Assembly: GCA_963664435.2 (NCBI GenBank)
Contig: CAXXKM010000001.1
Location: forward strand, 1,344,001 to 1,408,000
Source: Longimicrobiales bacterium
Lineage (GTDB): Bacteria > Gemmatimonadota > Gemmatimonadetes > Longimicrobiales > Gaopeijiaceae
Length of the DNA: 64,000 bases
Direction: 5' to 3'
Position 1 is the stretch's first letter. Each line of letters starts with the position of its first letter. Shown here in pieces: positions 29,831-38,838 of the stretch. The translations under genes and the position numbers were made by a program. The notes under the pieces are model-generated. The model ran no database searches. It was not told the origin of the DNA and worked only from the letters and a program-made list of their open reading frames with translations.

Positions 29831-30690
29831 GCGGCGGGCCCGCGCGGTTCGCGGTCGGGCGGTCCGGCCTCGCATTTGCCGTCGCGCTTATCGCGTCGGT
29901 TTCCGGTGCCGGCGAAGCCACGGGCCAGGTGCCGCTGAGCTTCGAGGACTACCGCGAAACGATCGAGCCGATTTTCCTGGCCGACCGGGGCGGATGGGGT
30001 CCCGGGCGCGCGCCCTGCGCCACCTGCCACGCCGAGCAGGGCACGCCCCTGCGCCTGCAACGGCTGCGCGAGACCGCCGAGGGCGAGGTCTTCTGGTCGG
30101 AGGAGGACTCACGCAGGAACTTCGAGGTCGTCTCCCGCCTCGTTACGCCCGGGGACCCGGACCGCAGCCGGCTCCTGAGGAAGCCCCTCGTGGAGTCGGC
30201 CGGCGGCGCGCCGCTCCATGTGGGCGGGAAGTTCTTCGAATCGAAAGAGGACCCGGAATGGCGCGCGATGGCCGACTGGGTCGCAGCGGCGGATCCCGTC
30301 GAAGCCACCTTCGGACCGCGTCTGGACGCCGACTTCTTCCGTGACTGCGTGCAGCGGGTCTTCCTCGACAAGCGCCCCGGCGACGTGGAGTGCATCCACT
30401 GTCACGCGTCGGGCGTGCGCGGCTTCGCACCGCCCATCCCCGAGGGCCGCGATTTCTGGAACGAGGAGGAGACGCGGCGCAACTACGCGATCGCCCGCCG
30501 CTACGTGGAGCCCGGCGAACCGATGATGAGCCGGCTCCTGACGCATCCGCTCGCACCCACGGCGGGAGGGGACTACTTCCACGGCGGTCCGCGGCGCTGG
30601 GCATCGACGGAGGACCCCGAGTGGCAGATGCTGGCCGCCTGGGTGCGCGGCGAGACGCCCGCGTGCGTGGTCGGCGAGGGCGGCCGCTGA
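29827..30690 (+). CDS. Periplasmic di-heme c-type cytochrome (two repeated domains)
   Basis: GTG overlaps the upstream TGA; CATCH and CIHCH; each half has SRLL..PL...H.GG. Confidence 0.8.
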   Translation: MSGGPARFAVGRSGLAFAVALIASVSGAGEATGQVPLSFEDYRETIEPIFLADRGGWGPGRAPCATCHAEQGTPLRLQRLRETAEGEVFWSEEDSRRNFEVVSRLVTPGDPDRSRLLRKPLVESAGGAPLHVGGKFFESKEDPEWRAMADWVAAADPVEATFGPRLDADFFRDCVQRVFLDKRPGDVECIHCHASGVRGFAPPIPEGRDFWNEEETRRNYAIARRYVEPGEPMMSRLLTHPLAPTAGGDYFHGGPRRWASTEDPEWQMLAAWVRGETPACVVGEGGR

Positions 30691-30852
30691 GCCACCGACC
30701 GTAACCGGTCCGGAGGGTCGCGGCGCACCACCCCGAAAAGGCAGACCACCCGCTCTTCCACGTGCCGGATCGCTTGCGTCCGGTACAGGGATCGGATCAA
30801 TTCCGGTTCCGCACCAACCCGCACCAACCGTACTCCGAGCCAGGGTGCCTCC

Positions 30853-32250
30853 ATGAAATGCTGCATCGGTAGCTTCCGCTCGATTCCGGCGAACACGGAC
30901 AGTCCTGTCCGAAGCCGTCCGACTCTGTTTCCGCCAGTCGCGCTCTTCGCCCTGGCGATTCCTGCCCTCACGAACATCGCGGCGCCCGTGCGCGTGGCCG
31001 CCCAGGAGCCGATGGGCATGTACGCGGGCCCCACGGTTCTGCGCGCCGCGCGCCTGCTCGATGTCGAGACGGGCGAGATGCACCGGGATGCGGTGATCGT
31101 GGTCGAAGACGGGCTCATCACCGCGGTGAATCCGGCGTCAGCCCCCGACGTGATGCACGACATGGACCTGGGCGACGTCACTCTCCTGCCGGGCTTCATC
31201 GACACCCACACCCACCTGGGGGGGCAGATCAGCGCCACCTCCTTCACGGATGCCGTGACCCGGACGGAGGCCTACGAGGCCTTCAACGCGGTCAAGTACG
31301 GGGGCATCACCGTGCGGGCGGGCTTCACTACGGTGCGCGACTTCGGCGGCGACGTGACGGTCGAGCTCGGCAGGGCGGTCGAGCGTGGTGACATCGTCGC
31401 GCCCCGGATCATCCCTTCGCGCAACTCCCTGGGCATCACCGGCGGCCACTGCGACGTAACGGGATACGCGCCCGGCATCCGCGAGGGCGGCCCCGAGGAG
31501 GGCATCGCGGACGGGCCCTGGGAGGTGGTGGAGGCGGTCCGCTACCAGATCAAGCACGGCGCCCAGGTGATCAAGACCTGCGCCACGGCGGGCGTACTGT
31601 CGATGGAGGGCCCGGTGGGCGCCCAGCAGTACACGCTGGAGGAACTCACCGCCATGGTGGAGGAGGCGGCCCGTCACGGCATGAAGGTCGCCGCGCACGC
31701 GCACGGCCCGGAGGGAATCCTGGCCGCGGTCCAGGCCGGGGTGGCCTCGATCGAGCACGGGTCGATCCTCACTGACGAGATCATGGACCTCATGATCGAA
31801 AAGGGCACCTACCTGGTGCCGACGAGCCATCTGGTCGACCGGATCGCCCTCGACCAGCTCCCGCCGCTGGTGCGCGCCAAGGCCGAGGAGATCATGCCGC
31901 TCGCGCGCGGGAGCCTCGGGCGCGCCATCGAGCGCGGCGTGCCCATCGCGTTCGGGACGGACGCGGCGGTGCTGCCGCACGGCGAGAACGCGGGTGAGTT
32001 CGCCGTCTATGTGCAGATGGGGATGAGCGAGCTGGACGCGCTCCGCAGCGCAACCATCCATGCCGCCGATCTGCTGGACACACCCGACCGGGGCCGCCTG
32101 GCCGAGGGAATGCTCGCGGACATCATCGCCGTGCCGGGAAACCCGCTCGACGACATCGAGGTGACGAAGGATGTCCGTTTCGTGATGCAGGGTGGACGGG
32201 TGATCAAGCATGTCGTCGTCGGGCGCGACCTGCACTCGATGGGACGGTGA
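30853..32250 (+). CDS. Metal-dependent amidohydrolase (Xaa-Pro dipeptidase-like)
   Basis: PGFIDTHTH, VAAHAHG, SIEHG, FGTDA. Start uncertain. Confidence 0.88.
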   Translation: MKCCIGSFRSIPANTDSPVRSRPTLFPPVALFALAIPALTNIAAPVRVAAQEPMGMYAGPTVLRAARLLDVETGEMHRDAVIVVEDGLITAVNPASAPDVMHDMDLGDVTLLPGFIDTHTHLGGQISATSFTDAVTRTEAYEAFNAVKYGGITVRAGFTTVRDFGGDVTVELGRAVERGDIVAPRIIPSRNSLGITGGHCDVTGYAPGIREGGPEEGIADGPWEVVEAVRYQIKHGAQVIKTCATAGVLSMEGPVGAQQYTLEELTAMVEEAARHGMKVAAHAHGPEGILAAVQAGVASIEHGSILTDEIMDLMIEKGTYLVPTSHLVDRIALDQLPPLVRAKAEEIMPLARGSLGRAIERGVPIAFGTDAAVLPHGENAGEFAVYVQMGMSELDALRSATIHAADLLDTPDRGRLAEGMLADIIAVPGNPLDDIEVTKDVRFVMQGGRVIKHVVVGRDLHSMGR

Positions 32251-32346
32251 GGCGGCGGGTGATCGGATCGGGCCGCACCAGCAACCTGGTGGCTGGACGT
32301 TCACCCGTGCCGCGATCCGGCATGGACAGCCGGGACCAATAGGCTG

Positions 32347-33495
32347 ATGGCCTCCCTTCACGATGAGCTGCGCGCGGGCGTCCGGTCGCTCTGCGCCCGC
32401 TTCGATAACGACTACTGGCGGGCCTCGGACGAAGCCCGCGCGTACCCGCACGAGTTCGTCGACGCGCTGACGGAGGCGGGCTATCTGGCGTGCCTGATCC
32501 CCGAGGAGTACGGCGGGATGGGGCTGGGCATCCGTGAGGCGAGCGTCATTCTGGAGGAGATCAACCGCTCCGGTGCGAACTCCGCCGCCTGCCACGCGCA
32601 GATGTACACGATGGGCACGGTGCTCCGGCACGGCTCTGAGGAACAGAAGCGGCGCTACCTCCCCGGCATTGCGTGCGGCGAACTCCGGCTGCAGGCCTTT
32701 GCAGTCACCGAGCCGGACGCCGGCTCCGACACCACTCGCATCCGCACGTTCGCCGCGAGGCAGGGGCGCCGGTATGTCGTGACGGGACAGAAGGTCTTCA
32801 TCTCGCGCGTGCGACAGTCCGATCTCATGATCCTGCTGGCGCGCACCACGCCGCTGGACGAAGTGGAGAAGCGCACCGGCGGGCTCTCGGTCTTCATCGT
32901 GGATCTGCGCGATGTCGGCGACGCGGTCCGGGTGAAGCCCATCGACACCATGATCAACCACGAGAGCTGCGAGGTCTTCTTCGATGGCGTCGAGGTGCCG
33001 GCCGGGAATCGAATCGGAGACGAGGGCCGGGGCTTCCGCTACATCATGTCGGGAATGAACGCGGAGCGCATTCTGCTGGCTTCGGAGTCGGTGGGGGACG
33101 GCCTCTACTTCGTGGAACGGGCATCGGAGTACGCCCGCTCACGGCGCGTTTTCGACCGGCCCATCGGCGCAAACCAGGGCGTGCAGTTCCCGATCGCCGA
33201 CGCCTACATGGACGTGCGCGCGGCGGCCGCGGTCCGGGACCAGGCGGCGCGGGACTTCGACGCCGGCGAGACCCGCGGGGACGGCCCCAACATGGCCAAG
33301 TACCTCGCCTCGCGCGCGGCCTGGAAGGCGGCCAATGCGGCCATGGACGCCTTCGGCGGCTGGGGAATGGCGGCCGAATACGGAATCGAGCGCAAGTTCC
33401 GCGAAGCCCGCCTGTACCTGATCGCCCCGGTCGCGAACAACCTCGTGCTCAGCCATGTGGCGACGCATGTGCTGGGCATGCCGAGATCGTTCTAG
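32347..33495 (+). CDS. Acyl-CoA dehydrogenase
   Basis: IPEEYGG, FAVTEPDAGSDT, GQKVFISR, FDRPIGANQGVQF. Confidence 0.92.
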   Translation: MASLHDELRAGVRSLCARFDNDYWRASDEARAYPHEFVDALTEAGYLACLIPEEYGGMGLGIREASVILEEINRSGANSAACHAQMYTMGTVLRHGSEEQKRRYLPGIACGELRLQAFAVTEPDAGSDTTRIRTFAARQGRRYVVTGQKVFISRVRQSDLMILLARTTPLDEVEKRTGGLSVFIVDLRDVGDAVRVKPIDTMINHESCEVFFDGVEVPAGNRIGDEGRGFRYIMSGMNAERILLASESVGDGLYFVERASEYARSRRVFDRPIGANQGVQFPIADAYMDVRAAAAVRDQAARDFDAGETRGDGPNMAKYLASRAAWKAANAAMDAFGGWGMAAEYGIERKFREARLYLIAPVANNLVLSHVATHVLGMPRSF

Positions 33496-33507
33496 GAGCC
33501 GTCAACG

Positions 33508-34419
33508 ATGAACGACGGGACGCGTGCAATGGAAGGGGGCGGGGCGGGCGGGCAGTCCCATGCGCGGCTTGGCTGCCGTTCGATCCTGTTCGTTCCCGGA
33601 TACCGTCCGGACCGCTTCGGCAAGGCGATGGCGGCCGGGGCGGACGCCGTGTGCATCGACCTGGAGGACGCGGTGCCTCCGCAGCGGAAGACGATGGCGC
33701 GCGAAGCGGCCGCGCGCTTCCTTGCGGAGCAGCCGACCGGAAGGCTCCGGGAAGAGACCGGCCCACCGCACCTCATCATTCGCATCAACGATCCCGACAC
33801 CGACCTGGGGCGCGCGGACGCGGAAACGCTCGGCGGAACCCGCCAGCCCGACGCGTTCATGATCCCCAAAGTCAGGACCGCCGCCGGGCTGCGCCGCGCG
33901 GCCCGGCTTCTCGGCGATGGCGCGCCGCTGTTCGCCCTCATCGAGACGGCGCTCGGACTCGAAAACGCTGTCGACATCGGGCAGGCGTCACCGGCCGTCG
34001 CCGGGCTGGTCTTCGGCGGCTTCGATCTGGCCATCGAGCTGCGCGCCGACCCCAGCTGGGAGCCGCTTCTGTATGCGCGCTCACGCGTGGTCCACGCCGC
34101 CGCCCTGAGCGGACTCGACGCCATCGACATGCCGTCCCTCGGTTTCCGCGAGATGAGCGGGCTGCGCGAAGAGGCCGGCAGGGTCCGTTGCCTGGGATTC
34201 GCGGGAAAGATGGCCATTCACCCGGCGCAGCTTCCGGTCATCCACGAGGTGTTTACCCCCTCGGAGCTCGAGGTCGAGCGCGCCCGCCGCATTCTCGAAG
34301 CGGACCGGGAGGCGGGTGGCGGAGCGGTCGCTCTGGAGGGCCGCATGGTGGACCGGCCGGTCGCCGAGGTGGCGCGGCGCGTGCTGGCCCGGGCGCGGGC
34401 CGCCACCACCGAGGAGTGA
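33508..34419 (+). CDS. CitE/HpcH-type CoA ester lyase (citramalyl-CoA lyase-like)
   Basis: RSILFVPG, DLEDAVP, LIET, GKMAIHPAQ, GRMVDRP. Confidence 0.88.
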   Translation: MNDGTRAMEGGGAGGQSHARLGCRSILFVPGYRPDRFGKAMAAGADAVCIDLEDAVPPQRKTMAREAAARFLAEQPTGRLREETGPPHLIIRINDPDTDLGRADAETLGGTRQPDAFMIPKVRTAAGLRRAARLLGDGAPLFALIETALGLENAVDIGQASPAVAGLVFGGFDLAIELRADPSWEPLLYARSRVVHAAALSGLDAIDMPSLGFREMSGLREEAGRVRCLGFAGKMAIHPAQLPVIHEVFTPSELEVERARRILEADREAGGGAVALEGRMVDRPVAEVARRVLARARAATTEE

Positions 34420-34424
34420 TTCCA

Positions 34425-35348
34425 GTGCATGAATCGACGGCCCGGCCGGGAGACGAGACGCGCACCCGGGTCCACATCGACGCTCTGACGCCCTGGCCTG
34501 CGCAGGCCATGCTGGGTCTCCTCGACCGGGACCCTCGGGCCATCGCTGAGGGCGACCCGCTCCCCCTGGGGTGGCACTGGCTCTATTTCAAGCGGCCCTG
34601 CCGCTCATCCCGCCTGGCGCGGGACGGACACGAGGTACGGGGGGACTTCATGCCCGACGTCGACCTGTCCCGGCGCATGTGGGCGGGCGGGACACTCCGG
34701 TCTCTCCGGCCGGCCTTGCTCGGCGAGCCGGCGGAACTCAGGTCGGAGATCGTGAGCGTCACCGAGAAGCGCGGGAAGAGCGGCCGCCTCGTGTTCGTGA
34801 TCGCGGGGCACACGGTGCTGCAGAAGAACCGCCGGTGCGTGGAAGAGGAACAGGTGATCGTCTACCGGGAGTCCGTGCGTGGTTTGGCCGTGTCGCCGAG
34901 CCGCACCACGGCCCCTCCGTCCGGCGAACTCCCCGGCAACCCCGGCCAAGGCCCCGGAAGCGGCGGTGCCGACAGCTCCGCTCCGGAATGGACCGAAACC
35001 TTCCCCCCCACGACGGTCAATCTCTTCCAGTTCTCGGCACTCACCTACAACAGTCACCGCATCCACTACGACCATTCCTACGCCACGCAGCAGGAAGGTT
35101 ATCCCGGGCTCCTGGTGCACGGGCCGCTTACCGCACTTCTCCTCCTGGACGCCGCCCAGCGTCACGCACCCGCTCCGGTGTCGTCCTTCCGCTACCGCGC
35201 GCTGACACCGCTCTTCGTGGATCAGCCGATCACGCTTGTGGGCCAGGCGGCTCCTGCCCCGACGGACGGATCCGATCCACCGCGGGAACGCATCGTGGAG
35301 GCACTCGCCCCGTCCGGCACGGTCGCGATGCGAGCGCGGGTGACCTGA
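34425..35348 (+). CDS. Double hot-dog hydratase (itaconyl-CoA/mesaconyl-C4-CoA hydratase-like)
   Basis: WHWLYF, RRMWAGG, FSALTYNSHRIHYD, GLLVHGPL; GAGGAG RBS. Confidence 0.85.
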   Translation: MHESTARPGDETRTRVHIDALTPWPAQAMLGLLDRDPRAIAEGDPLPLGWHWLYFKRPCRSSRLARDGHEVRGDFMPDVDLSRRMWAGGTLRSLRPALLGEPAELRSEIVSVTEKRGKSGRLVFVIAGHTVLQKNRRCVEEEQVIVYRESVRGLAVSPSRTTAPPSGELPGNPGQGPGSGGADSSAPEWTETFPPTTVNLFQFSALTYNSHRIHYDHSYATQQEGYPGLLVHGPLTALLLLDAAQRHAPAPVSSFRYRALTPLFVDQPITLVGQAAPAPTDGSDPPRERIVEALAPSGTVAMRARVT

Positions 35349-35453
35349 ATAGGCATCGTACAGGCGCTCACTCCGCCCGGCGCCGTCGCGATGAGAGAGC
35401 AGGTGATCTGAAAGGCGCGCACCGGCTGCCCGCCCCCCGTCCTTTCCGCTACC

Positions 35454-35851
35454 TCACCCTTCCCGGGCCATCCCCACCTGAACGATCCGGGGCCGATCCA
35501 CCCCCGCGACCCCGACATACTGGAAGACCGCCGCATCCACGTCACGGGCCGGGGCTCCTGGACGACGACCGACTCGGTGCCCAGCAGGAGCGCGGCAAAG
35601 GGAGCCGCCTGACTCGCGGCGGCAGGATCGACCGGAAAGGTGAACTCCAGGTCGCCGCTCCCGAACACAATCCGCCCGTGCTCATCGGTGATCCAGATCT
35701 CGGAAACCCCCGAATCGCACGCGACCTGCGCGAGCGCGCCGTCGATCTCCTCCTTTCCCATCCCTGATCGCAAAGCGGCGTCGAGGTAGCGCGCCGCGAG
35801 CATCGCGGCTGCCACCATCGCCCTTTCCTGAACTGTGTGGCCTTCAGCCAT
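35454..35851 (-). pseudogene. Stand-alone Cache-like sensor domain, frameshifted
   Basis: EIWITDEHGRIVF...SQAAPFAALL...VVQEPR, continued in another frame as RDVDAAVFQYVGVAGVDRPRIVQVG. Confidence 0.5.
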
Positions 35852-35963
35852 GGATCGATCTCCAGTACTGAGCGGTTGAGCGAGCAAGGTGAGCATCTGC
35901 TGAAACAGGTGTGCTACCTTCCCATTGTCCAGCGCCAACGCTTGCGCTGCAACTGGAACGGAT

Positions 35964-35976
35964 ATCTATTATAGAT
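35964..35976. promoter_or_regulatory. mazEF operator-like palindrome
   Basis: ATCTA-TTA-TAGAT 21 bp upstream of mazE. Confidence 0.55.
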
Positions 35977-35997
35977 CCCTACCGCAAGGAGACGACC

Positions 35998-36237
35998 ATG
36001 GGTGCCCAATCGCACATCGGCAAGTGGGGTAGCAGCCTGGCCATTCGCATTCCCAAGCCCGTCGCCGAGCAATGGGGCATCCGCGAAGGTTCGAGAATCG
36101 AGATGGTGCCCCGTGGCGATCAACTCGTGATGAGCAAGCGAGCATATGATCTGACCGAGATGCTGTCCCGAATGTCGCCGGAGACGCTTCACGGCGAGAT
36201 CGACACCGGACCTGCCCAGGGTAGGGAGGAGTGGTAG
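35998..36237 (+). CDS. mazE: MazE antitoxin
   Basis: IGKWGSSLAIRIP, YDLTEML, HGEIDTGPAQGREEW. Confidence 0.92.
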   Translation: MGAQSHIGKWGSSLAIRIPKPVAEQWGIREGSRIEMVPRGDQLVMSKRAYDLTEMLSRMSPETLHGEIDTGPAQGREEW

Positions 36238-36578
36238 ACGGTCCACATCTGCCGGATACCGGGGACATCGTCTGGCTCGCATTCACCCCTCAGGCTGGTC
36301 ATGAACAGGCCGGGCACCGCCCCGCGCTGGTTCTCAGCCCCCGGGACTACAACAGCAAGAGCGGTCTGGCGCTCTTTTGCCCGATTACATCCAACAGGAA
36401 GGGCTATCCGTTCGAAGTAGCGCTACCGGCGGCGGGCAGCGTCACCGGCGTGGTCCTGGCAGACCAGATCAAGAGCCTGGACTGGCGAGCCAGACGAGCC
36501 CGATTCGCGTGCAAGGCCCCACCCATGACCGTCAGCGAAGTGCTGGCCATGCTCTCTACTCTTCTTGGCCACTCGTGA
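36231..36578 (+). CDS. mazF: MazF endoribonuclease toxin
   Basis: GDIVWLAFTPQAGHEQAGHRPALVLSP, CPITS, DQIKSLDW. Confidence 0.95.
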   Translation: MVDGPHLPDTGDIVWLAFTPQAGHEQAGHRPALVLSPRDYNSKSGLALFCPITSNRKGYPFEVALPAAGSVTGVVLADQIKSLDWRARRARFACKAPPMTVSEVLAMLSTLLGHS

Positions 36579-36605
36579 GCCATGACCGGCTTCCTTGACC
36601 GGAAG

Positions 36606-36731
36606 CTAACAGACGGTCTCTACCAGCCCCGACTCCCGAATGCGACGATCGTGCGTCAGCCGCGTCGCCCCCAACGTCCGTGCGGTCGCCACGAGAATGC
36701 GATCCGTGGGATCTCTGTGAAAGGAATCCGG
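36606..36731 (-). pseudogene. C-terminal remnant of a VapC/PIN toxin
   Basis: PDSFHRDPTDRILVATARTLGATRLTHDRRIRESGLVETVC*; no N-terminus. Not in the ORF track. Confidence 0.65.
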
Positions 36732-36774
36732 ATCGTCCCAGGTGCGGGTTCGCTGGGCAACGGAAGGTCTCCCA

Positions 36775-38115
36775 TCACTGCAGCCCGATCCCCAGCGCCA
36801 CCCAGATGGCGACCATGCCGATCGCCACCAACCCGAGGTAGAGCGGGAACGTGTAGCGGATCCAGTCCTCGTAGCGGACCTTGGCGGACGCCAGGATCGC
36901 CATGAGGGCGCCGTTGGTGGGCGTCAGCAGCTCGCACAGCCCGGCGCCGTACTGGTACGCCAGCACGGTCACCTGGCGCGACATGCCGAGCAGGTCGGAG
37001 AGGGGCACCAGTACCGGCATGGTCAGCACCGCCTGTCCGCTCACGCTGGGGACGGGCACATGGATCGCCGCCTGGGCCGCCACCATTCCGAAGGCGGACG
37101 CCAGCACCGGCAGCCCCTCCAGGGGCGTGAACAGCCCGTGCACGATGGTATCCACCACTCGGCCGTCCTGGAGCACGACGTAGATCGCGCGCGCGATCCC
37201 GATCAGCAGGGCGGCGAAGGTCATCTCGCGGAAGCCGCGCAGGTAGGCCTCGGTCGTACCGCCCACACGCAGTCCGGCCAGCAGGCCCACGATCACCCCC
37301 ATGATGAAGAAGGCGGCGGAGAGTTCGTTGAACCCCCAGCCCCACTGCGTCATCCCGACCACAGCCAGGACGAACGCCGCTCCCACCAGGCCCAGGATCC
37401 CCCAGTCGGACGGACGCATGCCCTCGGCCCCTTCTTCCGTCACGGCCTCCGCGGGCCCCCGCGTGCGGTGTGCATAGCGCATCGTCATCCCGATCCAGAA
37501 GGTCAGCGCGAGCAGCAGGAACACGATCCGGAACACCGCGCCCGACGCCAGCGGCAGTTCGGCGAGCCGTTGCGCGATCGCCACCTGGAAGGGATTGATG
37601 GGGCTGAAGGCGGAGCCCACGAACGCCGCGCCCGCGCTCATCGCCACCGCCACCATCGCGTTGAAGCCGATCCTGCGGGTGAGGATCAGCAGCACGGGGA
37701 TCAGCGGGATGATCTCCTCCTGCAGGTTCTGGACGACACCCCCGATGGCGAAGGGAACGGCCACCACCGGGATGATGAGCAGATCCCGCCCCCGCAGCGC
37801 CCGGGTCAGCGAGGTCACGCCCCGCCGGAGCGCGCCGGTCGCGTCCACGACCGTGAAGGCGCCCCCGATCAGGAAGACCAGGAAGATGATTTCGGCCGCG
37901 TCCGCCATCCCGCGCGGCAGCGCGACCATGGCGTCGAAGAGGTTGACCGGATTGGGCTCGACCTCCTGGTAGGTGCCCGCGACCACCACGACGCGCCCGG
38001 TGGCCTCGTCGTCGCGGCGCTCGTACTCGCCGGCGGGGAGCACGTAGCTGGCGGCGGCGGCGAGAATCACGCCGGCCGTCAGCAGGACCAGGGGATGGGG
38101 GACGCGAAGCTTCAT
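36775..38115 (-). CDS. YfcC/DcuC-like ion transporter
   Basis: VPHP, LPAGEYER, SPINPF, PSVSGQAVLTMP, LTPTNGALMA. Confidence 0.88.
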   Translation of the reverse strand: MKLRVPHPLVLLTAGVILAAAASYVLPAGEYERRDDEATGRVVVVAGTYQEVEPNPVNLFDAMVALPRGMADAAEIIFLVFLIGGAFTVVDATGALRRGVTSLTRALRGRDLLIIPVVAVPFAIGGVVQNLQEEIIPLIPVLLILTRRIGFNAMVAVAMSAGAAFVGSAFSPINPFQVAIAQRLAELPLASGAVFRIVFLLLALTFWIGMTMRYAHRTRGPAEAVTEEGAEGMRPSDWGILGLVGAAFVLAVVGMTQWGWGFNELSAAFFIMGVIVGLLAGLRVGGTTEAYLRGFREMTFAALLIGIARAIYVVLQDGRVVDTIVHGLFTPLEGLPVLASAFGMVAAQAAIHVPVPSVSGQAVLTMPVLVPLSDLLGMSRQVTVLAYQYGAGLCELLTPTNGALMAILASAKVRYEDWIRYTFPLYLGLVAIGMVAIWVALGIGLQ

Positions 38116-38118
38116 CGC

Positions 38119-38838
38119 CTACCTCCTCTCCATCCACTGCACGAGCGCGTCCTGCCCGACGATCAACACATGCCCCTGCCCCGGAAGAATGTCGAGCGTG
38201 ACGTCCGCTCCCGCTCCCTCCAGGCGCTCCGCCGTGGTCTCCGACCCTTCGACCCAGCGGGCGTCGCCCTCGCCCACCATCATCCAGACGGGCGTCCCGG
38301 CCAGCGGCTCCAGCGACCCCTCACCCGCGTAGCGGCCCGGCATCGCGATGATGCCTCCGACCCGATCCGGCACCGCGAGCGCCGCGTGGAAGACCCCGAT
38401 CCCGCCCGCGGACGCACCCGTCATCACGATGTCGCCCGACGCACCGGCGAAGTTCTCGTCGATCCAACTCATGACGGTGGACATGACGGCCGCAGCGTCC
38501 TCGTCCAGGTCCGGACCGTAGGTCTCCACCCCGACGACCGCGTACCCCGCCGCCGGCGCGGCCTGGTCCCAGTAGGAGTCGATCAGCCCCAGCAGGAGGC
38601 TCGCGTCCCCCGCCCCCCACGGGAACGCCACGACGACGCCCCTGGGAGTGGCCTCCGGACGCACGACCGCAATGCTCACGGTGGACCCCGACTCCATCGG
38701 CAGCCGGATCCACTCCGGGACCTGCGGCAGGTCGGGTCCGACGCCACTGTCGGCCGCGCAGGCGAGCGCGAGCGTGACGAAGGAGGCCGCGAGCGCGCCG
38801 GCGGGGGGCACCGTCCGGGACTGCGCCGCCCCGCTCAT
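38119..38838 (-). CDS. Alpha/beta hydrolase lipoprotein
   Basis: Lipobox LALAC; GASAGG nucleophile elbow; GEGD; GQGH. Confidence 0.75.
   Translation of the reverse strand: MSGAAQSRTVPPAGALAASFVTLALACAADSGVGPDLPQVPEWIRLPMESGSTVSIAVVRPEATPRGVVVAFPWGAGDASLLLGLIDSYWDQAAPAAGYAVVGVETYGPDLDEDAAAVMSTVMSWIDENFAGASGDIVMTGASAGGIGVFHAALAVPDRVGGIIAMPGRYAGEGSLEPLAGTPVWMMVGEGDARWVEGSETTAERLEGAGADVTLDILPGQGHVLIVGQDALVQWMERR

Noticed and set aside
32673..34424. N-terminal 580 aa of the 891-aa ORF
   Set aside because: Off-frame overlap with ACAD and the lyase; the real gene starts near 34425.
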